In this document: positions 47,673 to 57,468 of the stretch, piece after piece
Layout of the letters: every line of letters starts with the position of its first letter
Numbering within the stretch: position 1 is the stretch's first letter
From: Candidatus Daviesbacteria bacterium
GTDB lineage: Bacteria; Patescibacteriota; Microgenomatia; Daviesbacterales; UBA10151
Assembly: GCA_016187025.1 (NCBI GenBank)
Contig: JACPKM010000001.1
Coordinates: 171,188 to 235,187 of the forward strand
Direction: 5' to 3'
Length of the DNA stretch: 64,000 nucleotides
Notes under the pieces: generated by a model
Database searches by the model: none
What the model saw: only the letters and a program-made list of their open reading frames with translations
What the model was told of the DNA's origin: nothing
Made by a program: the position numbers and the translations under genes

Positions 47673-48530
47673 TTGGAGTATGTGGTTCCCTCGTCTAAGA
47701 ATGAGTATATTAAAAATGCCCTGTTTATCTCTTATACTTCCTTGTCTGATTTTATCAAATGCCCGCGCTCCTTTTATCTAAAACACGTTTATAGAGATCC
47801 CCAAAAAGGTTATAAACTGCAAATAATCTCGCCCTTTCTTACCTTAGGAAGTACTGTACATGACACTATCAAATGGTATTTAGAGGCTCCTACCAAGCCT
47901 ACCAGAGAGCAAACCCTGGCAAAATTCAGAAACTTTTGGAGAAAATACCGTTTGCAAAAAGGGGGTTTTAACTCTTTGGAAGAAGAGGTAAGTTATGGTC
48001 AGAGAGGACTTAAAATGTTGGAAAATTTCTTAGAAAACGCCGAAATTTTGGAGCCCTGCGCCCCTTTTGTAAGTTTTCCCAAATTCAGACTGGTAGACAA
48101 TATTATTTTAATGGGGAATTTTGATTTTGTAGGGCAGTGCAGTGACGGCAGTTTGCATATAGTTGATTTTAAAACAGGTGCAAAAGATGAAAATGACAGT
48201 TTACAGCTGCATATTTATGCAATTTTGGCAGAGGCCAATTTCCAAAAACCGGTTTCCAAAATCTCTTTTTGGTATTTAGACAGGGAATCCGGTCCTAGAG
48301 AAGTAGTACTGGATTCTTTAGAACCGAAAATAGATTGGTTAAAGCAAAAGGGATTAGAGATGAAAAAGGCTCTACAAGAAGACAGCTGGGTTTGCAAGGA
48401 TAGCTCTAAAGGCACTCTCTGCAGGGATTGTAGCAGTTATCAGATGATCTTAGACGGCAAAGCCCAGTTTTTGTTTCAAGACTACCGTTATAAAAAATTG
48501 ATATATTTTTTGCGAATTGATGACTCTTAA
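47673..48530 (+). CDS. PD-(D/E)XK nuclease, RecB/AddB/Cas4-like, stand-alone
   Basis: SYTSL..CPR, LGSTVH, GNFD..IVDFKTG, QLHIYA, C-terminal C..CxxC. Confidence 0.85.
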   Translation: MEYVVPSSKNEYIKNALFISYTSLSDFIKCPRSFYLKHVYRDPQKGYKLQIISPFLTLGSTVHDTIKWYLEAPTKPTREQTLAKFRNFWRKYRLQKGGFNSLEEEVSYGQRGLKMLENFLENAEILEPCAPFVSFPKFRLVDNIILMGNFDFVGQCSDGSLHIVDFKTGAKDENDSLQLHIYAILAEANFQKPVSKISFWYLDRESGPREVVLDSLEPKIDWLKQKGLEMKKALQEDSWVCKDSSKGTLCRDCSSYQMILDGKAQFLFQDYRYKKLIYFLRIDDS

Positions 48531-48592
48531 AAAGTTGATATATTTGACACTCTTGACTACTTAAGGTAACTTACCCTTGTATATTAAATGTT

Positions 48593-49771
48593 ATGAAAAA
48601 GAGCAGGCCTTCCTATAAAGAAGCACCAATTCCGCCAAATGAGAAAGTTAGGTTAAAATCACTTAAGTCTCTTAACATACTGGATAGTCCTAAAGAAGAG
48701 CGTTTTGATCGTATAACCAGACTGGCTCTTGAATTGTTTAATATACCAATTGCCACTGTAACTTTAGTAGATGAGCACCGGGAATGGTTTAAGTCATCCC
48801 AGGGTTTGACAAAAAGGGAAGGAGCAAGAAGTATTTCTTTTTGTGGACATGCCATCTTGCAAGAAGATATTTTGGTAATTGCTGATACTAAAAAAGATCC
48901 AAGATTTGCAAATAATCCTATGGTAACCGGCAGTCCTTTTATCGGGTTTTACGCTGGAGTACCTATTCGCTCAGCAGATGGGCAGCATATAGGAGTATTT
49001 TGTATCAAAGATCACCGGCCCAGGAATTTGGATAAGAAAAAAAGGGCGTGGTTGAAAACCTTGGCAAGTTGGGTAGAATTAGAAATTAATGCAACTGAGC
49101 TCAGCAGAGCATTAGAAGCCAGAAAACAAGCAGAGCAAAAAATCTCAAACCTAAATGATGCATTAAAAGTATTAAATAAAATCTTGAGGCATGATGTTTT
49201 AAATGAGTTGACCATGGTTAGGATGGCACTGGAGTTATGTTTCAAAAATGTGGTGTCTAAAAAAGAAACATTACAAGATGCTTTGGATGCAGTTGACCGT
49301 AGTGCTGAGCTGATAAAACAGATTGGGCAGCTGGAGGCAGCTATTTCAAATGGAGTATCTTTTAAGCCCTACCGCGTAGCAAGTGTAGTAAAAAAAGTTT
49401 CCGGGCAATTCCCTTCGATAAAAATTAAACTTAAGGGTGATGGAGTAGTTTTAGCAGATGATGCTTTTGTTTCTGTTGTGCAAAACCTGTTAAGAAACGC
49501 TGCTGTACATGCAAAGACAGATAGGGTGGATATAACCATCGAAGAAAAAAAGGGTTTTACGCTGATTTCAATTGCTGATTATGGTAGAGGGATACCTGCT
49601 CATATCAAAGGTAAAATATTTACAGAGGGTGTAAAGTTTGGAGTATCTGGTCATATGGGATTGGGGCTTTTTATAGTCAAAAAAACTATAGAAAGATATG
49701 GGGGAACAATTCTAACTGAGGATAATAAACCCAATGGAACTAAGTTTTTGATCCGCTTGCCCAAACTTTAA
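48593..49771 (+). CDS. GAF-domain sensor histidine kinase
   Basis: GAF (ERFDRITRLA, SFCGHAI, FYAGVP); RHDVLN; NLLRNA, DYGRGI, GLGLFIVK. Confidence 0.9.
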   Translation: MKKSRPSYKEAPIPPNEKVRLKSLKSLNILDSPKEERFDRITRLALELFNIPIATVTLVDEHREWFKSSQGLTKREGARSISFCGHAILQEDILVIADTKKDPRFANNPMVTGSPFIGFYAGVPIRSADGQHIGVFCIKDHRPRNLDKKKRAWLKTLASWVELEINATELSRALEARKQAEQKISNLNDALKVLNKILRHDVLNELTMVRMALELCFKNVVSKKETLQDALDAVDRSAELIKQIGQLEAAISNGVSFKPYRVASVVKKVSGQFPSIKIKLKGDGVVLADDAFVSVVQNLLRNAAVHAKTDRVDITIEEKKGFTLISIADYGRGIPAHIKGKIFTEGVKFGVSGHMGLGLFIVKKTIERYGGTILTEDNKPNGTKFLIRLPKL

Positions 49772-49786
49772 TCCGGAATTTTTAGT

Positions 49787-50410
49787 TTATGCTGACAATT
49801 TAATTTCTGCCAAGGTGTTATGTGTATGTAACCCGCCTTCTGGAATAGATTCAAATAATTTAATAGATTTAATTTCTATTGGGTCAAATAAACCGTGGGA
49901 CTGTCCCGCTTCGCGGGAAAAACCGTGGGACTGTTTTCCTTCGGAAAAGAAAGAAGAAGTTGTATTTTGCAAAAGCTTTTCTTTCAGGCTGGTTAACTCA
50001 AAATATTTATCAGCTTTGGCAACAGCAATATGAGGAATGTAGCGCCTCTCGTCTACGGGAAGCTGTAGTTCTTTTAACCCATCTTTTACTCTTTCTTCCA
50101 TAAGAAGTAATTTATCAATTTCTCCTTTTACTCCTACCCAAATAGTGTGAGGATGATGAATATTAGGAAAACCGTCAATGTATGCCGGAATAACAACAAA
50201 ATTGGATATCCCAGCAACTGCATTACTAATTACTTTTATTAAGTCGTTTTTTATCTCTTCTGGTTGCTCTCCTACAAAAGCGATAGTTAAATGAAGTTTA
50301 TCGTTATCAGTAAGTCTAATATCAGGTAAGATCTGTTTTATCTTTTCTTGAACCAGTTTTAACTCTTGTTTATTTTCATCAGGAATTTCAAGGGCGATGA
50401 AAAATCTCAT
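49787..50410 (-). CDS. thpR: RNA 2',3'-cyclic phosphodiesterase (2H phosphoesterase)
   Basis: MRFFIAL, HLTIAF, PHIAV motifs; 20-aa repeat insertion near C-terminus. Confidence 0.85.
   Translation of the reverse strand: MRFFIALEIPDENKQELKLVQEKIKQILPDIRLTDNDKLHLTIAFVGEQPEEIKNDLIKVISNAVAGISNFVVIPAYIDGFPNIHHPHTIWVGVKGEIDKLLLMEERVKDGLKELQLPVDERRYIPHIAVAKADKYFELTSLKEKLLQNTTSSFFSEGKQSHGFSREAGQSHGLFDPIEIKSIKLFESIPEGGLHTHNTLAEIKLSA
49890..49949. repeat. Two tandem 30-bp hairpin units, in-frame inside thpR
   Basis: AAACCGTGGGACTGT at 49890 and 49920, followed by hairpins TCCCGC-TTC-GCGGGA and TTTTCC-TTC-GGAAAA. Confidence 0.85.
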
Positions 50411-50452
50411 TAAGATAAATTATACCGGATTTGACAACCTATGAGAGGTAGC

Positions 50453-52255
50453 TTAATTTTCTTTTGTGCCAACAAGATATACAGCTTGCCAGGGGCGGTA
50501 ATTTGAACGCCAGGCCTCATCTATTAAAGTTTCTTCCTCCCTTGTCACTATTCTTTTAAAAGAGACATTTGCTCCCCAAGCTGCCCAGTCAACTTGTTTT
50601 ATCTGTCCTTTTGGCAGTGTTGGGTCGTCTTGTCTGATCTCTGGGGGTGGAGGAGTTTGGGATGAGATGACAGGATTGGTTAGGCTTACAACCCGACCGT
50701 CATGGGTTCCGTATAAGTCCATATAAAGAGTAGTGCCTTGTGTATATGCCTGAACCAGGATATGAGCTTGGGTGTCATTTTTAAATTGAAAATCAACAGA
50801 AGGATAGTAAACTGTCGCATCAAGTCCAGGAGCAAAACCTTGCTCATAATATGAAACTCTATAAGCATGGGCTGTTCTTTTGACAACCGGTAGCCCGGCG
50901 TTCAGAACTGCCCTAAAAAGCGTAGTGGAATCCTGGCAAACTCCGCCTCCGTCATCCAAAACCGTCCGTCCCTCTTTAATAACATAGGCTTGTTTGAAGC
51001 CGGTAGCAGCAGAGATATCTCCCACAGTTTTATTAAAAGAGAATACCTCACCAGGTGGTACAAGAGTGCCGTTTAGTTTGGCAGCAGTCAGCGAGATATT
51101 ATAGATTCTGTTTTGGATAGATCCGGCAAAGTTGGAAATGCCTCTGCCGATTAACTCTTTTATCCCTAAATTATTAATTTCTGCAGCGTTTACTTTTGGT
51201 TTTACTACCTCAACTGGCAGTTTAATCTCTTTTGTCCCAGATTCCTCTAATGCCTTAAAAATAATTTCAAATCCTTTATCAATATCTGTTTTTTTACCTT
51301 CTTCTGAAGGTTGAAAAGTGGTGACTCTTTGGGTTTGTTGGTTGAATTCAAACCTCCCTTCTCTAACCTCCCTGTCTATTTCCTGGGCAATTTTTCCTAA
51401 ATAAATTTTAGTTTTGCCTTCATCTAGTAATCCTGTCCCTTCTGTTAAATCAAGAAGAGGTAGTAGCTGCTTGCTGTCTAAAATCCAGATATTTCCTTCA
51501 TAAATTATCTTAATTGGATCTTTTTGGGTGTTTTCCAAAGCAAGCTTGGCTTTTTGTAAGTATGAAGTGGTGATTTTAGGCTGAGAGACTTTTAAAGGTA
51601 AAAGTTTATGATAACTTCCGTATATTAGATAGTTTCTAATTTCCTCTTGAAACTGTTTCTTATCAAGCTCAATTCCTGGTAGCGATTCTTTTATTTGGAC
51701 ATCTGCCGCAGGTGATCCTTCGGCTGTGACAGTTTCGTTAAAGGTCAGCTGCGCTTCAAGTGGAGGTTGTAAAACAGCTTTGGCAATCTCGTCAGTTTGC
51801 TTCTCAATATTAAACTCGATACGGGGTTCAAACTGTTTAGAAAAAAACAAGATTTTCACCTGATCGGATAATTTTTCAAAAAAACTGTTTTGGTGACCGG
51901 GGAAAAATGCTTGATCCACAATCGAGTAATCAATTGTAGGGTTAATTTTTATCAAATCAATTCCATATACTTTGTCTTGTGAGAGAAATTGCAGCTTATT
52001 TAAGCTCCTCTCTGTAAACTTATTTTGTATGTTTTGTAGGACCTGCGGTTTTGTCAAAAAAGTGAGGTTGGCATCACCTATATAGGTACGGGGAAAAAAC
52101 TTGTTTTCAAATATTGCTTGAAAGGTTATAAACGAAAGGATAACAAGGGTTAAAAAAAGAAGAGCCGGAAGGTAGTTCTTTTTAAACCATAACAATATAT
52201 TGCCTAGCTTAATTGGCTTAAATAAAAGATTGTTTAAATAAGATTTTTGGGACAT
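50453..52255 (-). CDS. VanW family protein with PG-binding repeats
   Basis: FSFNKTVG, GGGVCQDSTTLFRA, GLDATV, DFQFKND. Confidence 0.9.
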   Translation of the reverse strand: MSQKSYLNNLLFKPIKLGNILLWFKKNYLPALLFLTLVILSFITFQAIFENKFFPRTYIGDANLTFLTKPQVLQNIQNKFTERSLNKLQFLSQDKVYGIDLIKINPTIDYSIVDQAFFPGHQNSFFEKLSDQVKILFFSKQFEPRIEFNIEKQTDEIAKAVLQPPLEAQLTFNETVTAEGSPAADVQIKESLPGIELDKKQFQEEIRNYLIYGSYHKLLPLKVSQPKITTSYLQKAKLALENTQKDPIKIIYEGNIWILDSKQLLPLLDLTEGTGLLDEGKTKIYLGKIAQEIDREVREGRFEFNQQTQRVTTFQPSEEGKKTDIDKGFEIIFKALEESGTKEIKLPVEVVKPKVNAAEINNLGIKELIGRGISNFAGSIQNRIYNISLTAAKLNGTLVPPGEVFSFNKTVGDISAATGFKQAYVIKEGRTVLDDGGGVCQDSTTLFRAVLNAGLPVVKRTAHAYRVSYYEQGFAPGLDATVYYPSVDFQFKNDTQAHILVQAYTQGTTLYMDLYGTHDGRVVSLTNPVISSQTPPPPEIRQDDPTLPKGQIKQVDWAAWGANVSFKRIVTREEETLIDEAWRSNYRPWQAVYLVGTKEN

Positions 52256-52326
52256 ATGGGTATTCTAAACTAGATTAAAATAAAGTAAAAGCATTTAGGA
52301 TATAATTAGAAAGAAAGATTATCAAT

Positions 52327-53637
52327 GTGAGACGGACTATTATTATTGTTTTAGCACTGGCAGTAGTTTTGGGGTTTGTTTTTTGGCGGTTTGGGCCAAA
52401 TTTATTCAATAGGGCAAATATCCAAAAAGGACCGGTAAATATTACTTATTGGGGTTTATGGGAAGATGAAAATCTGATAAAACAAGTTATTGCTGAATTT
52501 GAGAGCAAAAACCCAAACATTAAAGTAAACTATCTTAGGCAGTCTTCCACCAACTATCGTACCCGTGTCCAAACTCAAGTCAGAGAGGGCGTTGGTCCGG
52601 ATGTATTTACACTACACAATTCCTGGTTAATTATGTTTGATGGGGATTTGGCTCCTGCCCCAAATGACATCCTGGGACTAAATGAATACAAATCTTTCTA
52701 CTATCCTGTGGCCGAAGAGAGCTTTGTTAAAAATAGTCAAATCTTTGCTGTGCCCATTGAGATAGATGGACTGGCTCTTTATTATAATGAAGAGCTGTTG
52801 CAAGCTGTTGGAGTAACTGTTCCTAAAAATTGGCAGGAATTTATTGATAGTGCGGTCAAAATGACAGTGAGAGATTCGTCTGGGCAGATTCAAAGAGCTG
52901 GGGCAGCCCTGGGAGCAACCGGAAACATTGATCATTTCTCAGATATCCTGGGGTTACTTTTACTGCAGCAACCAAATGTTTCTCTAGAAGCCCCAAATTC
53001 TCCACAGGTTGCAGAAATTCTTAGGTTTTATACAAGTTTTGTAACTGATCCGAAGAAAAAAACTTGGGATTTGAACTTGCCAAATTCCACCCAAATGTTT
53101 GCACAGGGAAGGCTGGCTTATTATTTTGCTCCTTCCTGGAGAGCTCATGAGTTAAGACAGATCAATCAAAATTTAAAGTTTAAAACTGCCCCCGTTCCTC
53201 AACTGTCTGGGAAAAAAACAGGCTGGGCCTCATTTTGGGGAGTAGCTGTATCAGCAAAGTCGCAAAATGCAAAAGAGGCTTGGAAATTTGGCAAATTTCT
53301 AGGCTCTGAAGATGCACAAAAAATGATTTACTCACAAGCCTCACAAGTAAGGCTGTTTGGTATGCCATATGCTACTGTGCAAGCAGGACAGCAGCTGCAA
53401 AATGACCCTTTGGTTGGCAGCTTTGTAACTCAGGGACCTATTTATAAGTTTTGGTATTTATCCTCCAATACTTTTGATAATGGGATAAATGATGAGGTGA
53501 TCAAATACTATGAAGATGGGATAAATGCTACATTGCAAGGCACAGATCCTCAGGTAGCGCTGCAAACTGTTGAAAAAGGTGTTCAGCAGGTACTGCAAAA
53601 ATACACCCAACCTGCTCCTGCTCCAACAGGACAATGA
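52327..53637 (+). CDS. Extracellular solute-binding protein (carbohydrate ABC family)
   Basis: ITYWGLWE, GPDVF, DGLALYYN, FKTAPVPQ. Confidence 0.85.
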   Translation: MRRTIIIVLALAVVLGFVFWRFGPNLFNRANIQKGPVNITYWGLWEDENLIKQVIAEFESKNPNIKVNYLRQSSTNYRTRVQTQVREGVGPDVFTLHNSWLIMFDGDLAPAPNDILGLNEYKSFYYPVAEESFVKNSQIFAVPIEIDGLALYYNEELLQAVGVTVPKNWQEFIDSAVKMTVRDSSGQIQRAGAALGATGNIDHFSDILGLLLLQQPNVSLEAPNSPQVAEILRFYTSFVTDPKKKTWDLNLPNSTQMFAQGRLAYYFAPSWRAHELRQINQNLKFKTAPVPQLSGKKTGWASFWGVAVSAKSQNAKEAWKFGKFLGSEDAQKMIYSQASQVRLFGMPYATVQAGQQLQNDPLVGSFVTQGPIYKFWYLSSNTFDNGINDEVIKYYEDGINATLQGTDPQVALQTVEKGVQQVLQKYTQPAPAPTGQ

Positions 53638-53886
53638 TTAAGTTTAATGTGCCATTTTCCCAAATACCCCAGATGATATGAGTCTAAATAAAGACAGGTG
53701 GGATTTTACTTAGGTTGACAATCCCAATCATGGTTTGAGTTTAGGTAGGAATTGGCAGACATGGGAAAGAAAAGATCTGGAGTACGATCTAGTAGATATT
53801 AATGAGATTAAGTAAGAAGTAGCTATTCAGTTGTACTTCAAAGTCAAAAGATGACTTTTTCCAGATTAGATGTATAATATTTAACT

Positions 53887-54295
53887 ATGGGAAAAGAAGG
53901 ATTAGTACGTACATATGTATTGCCAGCAGACGCTATGACGCTTTCTCCTGATCAAAGGAAACAAGTTCTCATTAAGGCTGCAAGAGAAGCTGTTATGCCT
54001 TTTGAGCCGGTTTTAACAGCTAGATATGGGTCGAGAGTTCCTGTCTCAGGACGTTGTAGATTTTGGCAAATACCGTCTTGCCCTGTAAAATTAAATGAAT
54101 CCACACCATCAGCAACTTCTGGATAAAATTAAAATTGACATAGAGTATTGGGCTTTCTCTTTAAATTATTATGACCGTGTAATATTTCGTTTTATTGTAC
54201 CTTCGAAATACCACGAGTTTACACTCGTGGATGAAGGAAGTTCCAACAAAGTCGGACTCACCGAAGGTGAGAACAAGAAGATACCACATGTGTAA
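53887..54295 (+). pseudogene. Probable frameshifted hypothetical gene
   Basis: Overlapping ORFs 53887-54126 and 54095-54295 behind a TATAAT box 8 nt before the first ATG. Confidence 0.4.
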
Positions 54296-54366
54296 GCTTG
54301 TGGTAGATTCATTAGTAACAGTGAGGTATTATTTCATAGGATTGGCAGTCATGATATATATAAATA

Positions 54367-54523
54367 ATGAGATTCAAAATTGATTCAAAAATTTTTGAGG
54401 AGTTTGATGGACTAAAAATTTGAAAACTTAATTGTGAATCCAACTGAGAAAGTCGAAGATCTTTGTGGTGGGGAGGTAAAGTGGCATATTCTAAATGAAC
54501 AAAACCAAGATGTCGAAATATGA
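54367..54523 (+). pseudogene. Collapsed B3/B4-domain gene (both termini kept, middle deleted)
   Basis: MRFKIDSKIFEEFDGLKI* and, in another frame, EKVEDLCGGEVKWHILNEQNQDVEI* whose stop overlaps the next ATG. Confidence 0.5.
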
Positions 54524-55080
54524 ATAAAAGGGTGATTTTTATACATCGGTGGGATGGGATTCCTGATTCTGATTGGTACCCTTTCTTAAAAAAGGAGCTT
54601 AGTAAAAGAGGCTATGAAGCGCTGATTCTTAGGATGCCGGAAACAGATTATCCCAAGATAGAAAACTGGGTTCCAAAATTGAAAGAAGCAACTGGTGAGA
54701 TTAATGAAAATACCATCTTAATAGGACACAGTATGGGAAGTCAAACCATTATGAGATTTTTGGAAACCTTGCCAGAAGGACAAAAGGTGGGAAGAGTGAT
54801 ATTTGTGGCAGGTTTTATAACTTTGATGGGGTTAACTGAAGAAGAAAAAGTAGTGGCAAAACCATGGCTTGAAACCCCGATTGACCTTAAAAAGGTAAAA
54901 TCCAAAGCTGACTCTTTTGTGGCAATATTTTCTGATAATGATCCCTTTGTCCCTTTAGAAGAAAATAAAAGGGTGTTTGAAGAAAACTTGGGAGCCAAAG
55001 TTATGGTGCAACATAGCATGGGCCATTTTACCCAAAATGATGGGGTAACAGAATTGCCAGTGCTACTAGGCCTGGTATAA
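54520..55080 (+). CDS. RBBP9/YdeN family alpha/beta hydrolase
   Basis: IHRWDG..DWYP, GHSMG, SDNDPFVP, GHF. Confidence 0.9.
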   Translation: MNKRVIFIHRWDGIPDSDWYPFLKKELSKRGYEALILRMPETDYPKIENWVPKLKEATGEINENTILIGHSMGSQTIMRFLETLPEGQKVGRVIFVAGFITLMGLTEEEKVVAKPWLETPIDLKKVKSKADSFVAIFSDNDPFVPLEENKRVFEENLGAKVMVQHSMGHFTQNDGVTELPVLLGLV

Positions 55081-55087
55081 TCTAAAG

Positions 55088-55831
55088 ATGAATTCACTGA
55101 AAGATAAGGTTTCTATAGTTACTGGTGGTTCCTCTGGTATAGGGTTGGCTATTGCCAAAAGGTTTTCCACAGAAGGAGCTAAAGTAGTAATTGCCAGTAG
55201 AGATGAAAACAGAGGTAAAACAGCAGAATCTACGGTATCAAGCTCTCTATTTATCCAAACAGATGTTAGGGATGAGCAATCTGTTAAGGGTTTAATTGAA
55301 AAAACTATTCAAAAGTTTGGCAAAGTTGATATTGTAGTAAATAATGCTGGTATCAGTTTTGATCACACGGATATTACCAGGTTGAGCGTGGAGGATTATG
55401 ATAAGCTAGTAGACACTCTTTTAAAAGGTGTGTTTTTGGTGAGCAAATGCTTTATTCCTGAATTGATTAAAACCAAAGGTAGTTTGGTTAATATTGCTTC
55501 TACTTTAGCTTTTAAACCAGATACAGATTCCATCATCTATGGTGCAGCTAAAGCAGGTGTGGTTAACTTGACCAGAGGGATGGCTAAGGCTTACTCTCCT
55601 CTAGGAGTTAGGATAAATTGTGTCTGTCCAGGGCCTACGCAGACACCTCTCTTGCAGAATTACTTTAAAGACGAACGAGAGATGTTAGATTGGTATAAAA
55701 AATCTTTACCGATTGGAAGGATTGGGCAACCAGATGAAATAGCAAATGTGGTAAATTTTTTAGTTTCTGCCGAAGCCTCTTTTGTCACAGGTGATGTATG
55801 GTCAGTTGACGGAGGTCAATCTTCTAGCTAA
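55088..55831 (+). CDS. SDR family oxidoreductase
   Basis: TGGSSGIG, NNAG, YGAAK, VDGG. Confidence 0.92.
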   Translation: MNSLKDKVSIVTGGSSGIGLAIAKRFSTEGAKVVIASRDENRGKTAESTVSSSLFIQTDVRDEQSVKGLIEKTIQKFGKVDIVVNNAGISFDHTDITRLSVEDYDKLVDTLLKGVFLVSKCFIPELIKTKGSLVNIASTLAFKPDTDSIIYGAAKAGVVNLTRGMAKAYSPLGVRINCVCPGPTQTPLLQNYFKDEREMLDWYKKSLPIGRIGQPDEIANVVNFLVSAEASFVTGDVWSVDGGQSSS

Positions 55832-55833
55832 TT

Positions 55834-56493
55834 ATGACTAGAGTTATAAACATCTTTGTCTTTGGGGCGTCCACTACTTATGGATGTTGGGATCCTGAAG
55901 GTGGTTGGGTGGCTAGGTTAAGGAGGTTTTTAGATGAAAAGAGTGTAGAGCAGTTAAAGCAAAATCCTGAACCCAATCCGATGTATTTAGTCTATAACCA
56001 AGGAATACCTGCCGATGATCTATCAGGAATCTTAAAGAGGTTTGATTCGGAAGTTAGCGAAAGGATAGATCCAGGAGAGGAGAATATAATTTTGATCCAT
56101 ACTGGGACGAACGATTCCCTCTACAACAACCAAACAAAATCATTAAAGTTTTCTCCTGATCAGTATAAACAAGAGCTTATAGAGGTTGCCGGTTTAACTA
56201 GAAGATATTCAGCAAAAATAGTTTTAGTGGGAACTATGCCGGTAGACCAAAGGGTTGACCCTATTCCCTGGTTACCAAACCATTCTTATAAAAATGAATA
56301 TGTAGCTAAATTTAATGAAATTATGGAAGAGGTATCCCAGGAAGAAAAGATTCATTTTATAGAAATATACAACCATTTTTCAGGTGGAGAATATCAACAT
56401 CTTTTAGTAGATGGAGTACACCCTAACTCCCGGGGGCACCAGCAAGTTTTTGAAATTGTCAGGGATTATTTGCTAGATAAAAAGATTATTTAG
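55834..56493 (+). CDS. SGNH/GDSL hydrolase
   Basis: FGASTTYG, NQG, GTND, DGVHPN. Confidence 0.88.
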   Translation: MTRVINIFVFGASTTYGCWDPEGGWVARLRRFLDEKSVEQLKQNPEPNPMYLVYNQGIPADDLSGILKRFDSEVSERIDPGEENIILIHTGTNDSLYNNQTKSLKFSPDQYKQELIEVAGLTRRYSAKIVLVGTMPVDQRVDPIPWLPNHSYKNEYVAKFNEIMEEVSQEEKIHFIEIYNHFSGGEYQHLLVDGVHPNSRGHQQVFEIVRDYLLDKKII

Positions 56494-57422
56494 GCTATGG
56501 GAGGAAGGTTTATCAGCTGGACTTCGGGTTCAAGGGTGATTCCAAACTTTTGTTTGACCTTTTCAGCATACTTTTTTGCTAAGTTGTAGAAATCTTTAGC
56601 AGTACCGGTACCATTATTAATAAATAGGTTGGCATGATAAGAGGCAATCTCTATCCCATCTATCCTATCTCCCTTTGCTCCGACCATCTCAAGTAATGCT
56701 CCAGCCGGGACTTTTCCATAAACTATTTTTTCTTTTGGAATATTTACTAAGACATCTGTTGAAAGTTCTGATGCAACGAAGTTTTTATAAAAAGAACCAG
56801 GGCATTTTATTCCTGGAGGGTATTTTCCATCGCGTTTTCTTTTTATCTCTTCAGATTCTTTTTTTAGTTCTTCTAAATTTCCAGGAGTCAAATCAAAATT
56901 TGCTTCTAAAATAATTAGATTATTTCGCTTAAAGTTACTATCTCTATAACCAAATCCGCACTCTTCCGTTTTTAAAACTACCTTTTCTTCGCTTGTAGGA
57001 TCAAAGCAGATAAGCTCTACTAGCTTATCTGAAATACCACTTCCATATGCTCCGGCATTTCCATAGATTGCTCCACCTACAGTTCCTGGAACTCCTGTTA
57101 ACTTGTTTATTCCAGTCAGACCTTTTTCAATTGTAAAATTAACCAGATCTTGCAAAATTGTACCTGATTTAACTATTAAATTATTGCCCTTTTGAAAAAT
57201 TCCAGTAATTCTATTTTGGATTACCAATTTTTCTACACCTTCATCAGCAACCAACAGATTGCTACCCCCACCAATAACTAAAAATGGTAGGTTTTTTTGT
57301 CTGGCATACGTTATTGCCTCTATGAGTTCTTTTTCGGTTTGGACGCTGACAAATTCTTTAGCCGGGCCACCAATTTTCAGAGTAGTTACCTGGCTAAGCA
57401 AATAGTTATTTTGAAAATTCAT
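56490..57422 (-). CDS. murB: UDP-N-acetylenolpyruvoylglucosamine reductase
   Basis: TTLKIGGPA, GGGSNLL, PGTVGGA..NAGAYG, GSFYKN, HANLF, LEPEV. Confidence 0.95.
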   Translation of the reverse strand: MNFQNNYLLSQVTTLKIGGPAKEFVSVQTEKELIEAITYARQKNLPFLVIGGGSNLLVADEGVEKLVIQNRITGIFQKGNNLIVKSGTILQDLVNFTIEKGLTGINKLTGVPGTVGGAIYGNAGAYGSGISDKLVELICFDPTSEEKVVLKTEECGFGYRDSNFKRNNLIILEANFDLTPGNLEELKKESEEIKRKRDGKYPPGIKCPGSFYKNFVASELSTDVLVNIPKEKIVYGKVPAGALLEMVGAKGDRIDGIEIASYHANLFINNGTGTAKDFYNLAKKYAEKVKQKFGITLEPEVQLINLPPIA

Positions 57423-57468
57423 GGAGTAATTATACATTTTATTTATCAACTTGTGGTAAATTACCCAT

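Noticed and set aside
47673-48530. cas4 of a CRISPR-Cas system
   Set aside because: Stand-alone RecB-like PD-(D/E)XK nuclease with no other cas genes or array nearby
25900-56000. Prophage, integron or IS element explaining the accessory zone
   Set aside because: No integrase, transposase, terminase or structural phage genes; mixed orientation; essential genes interleaved
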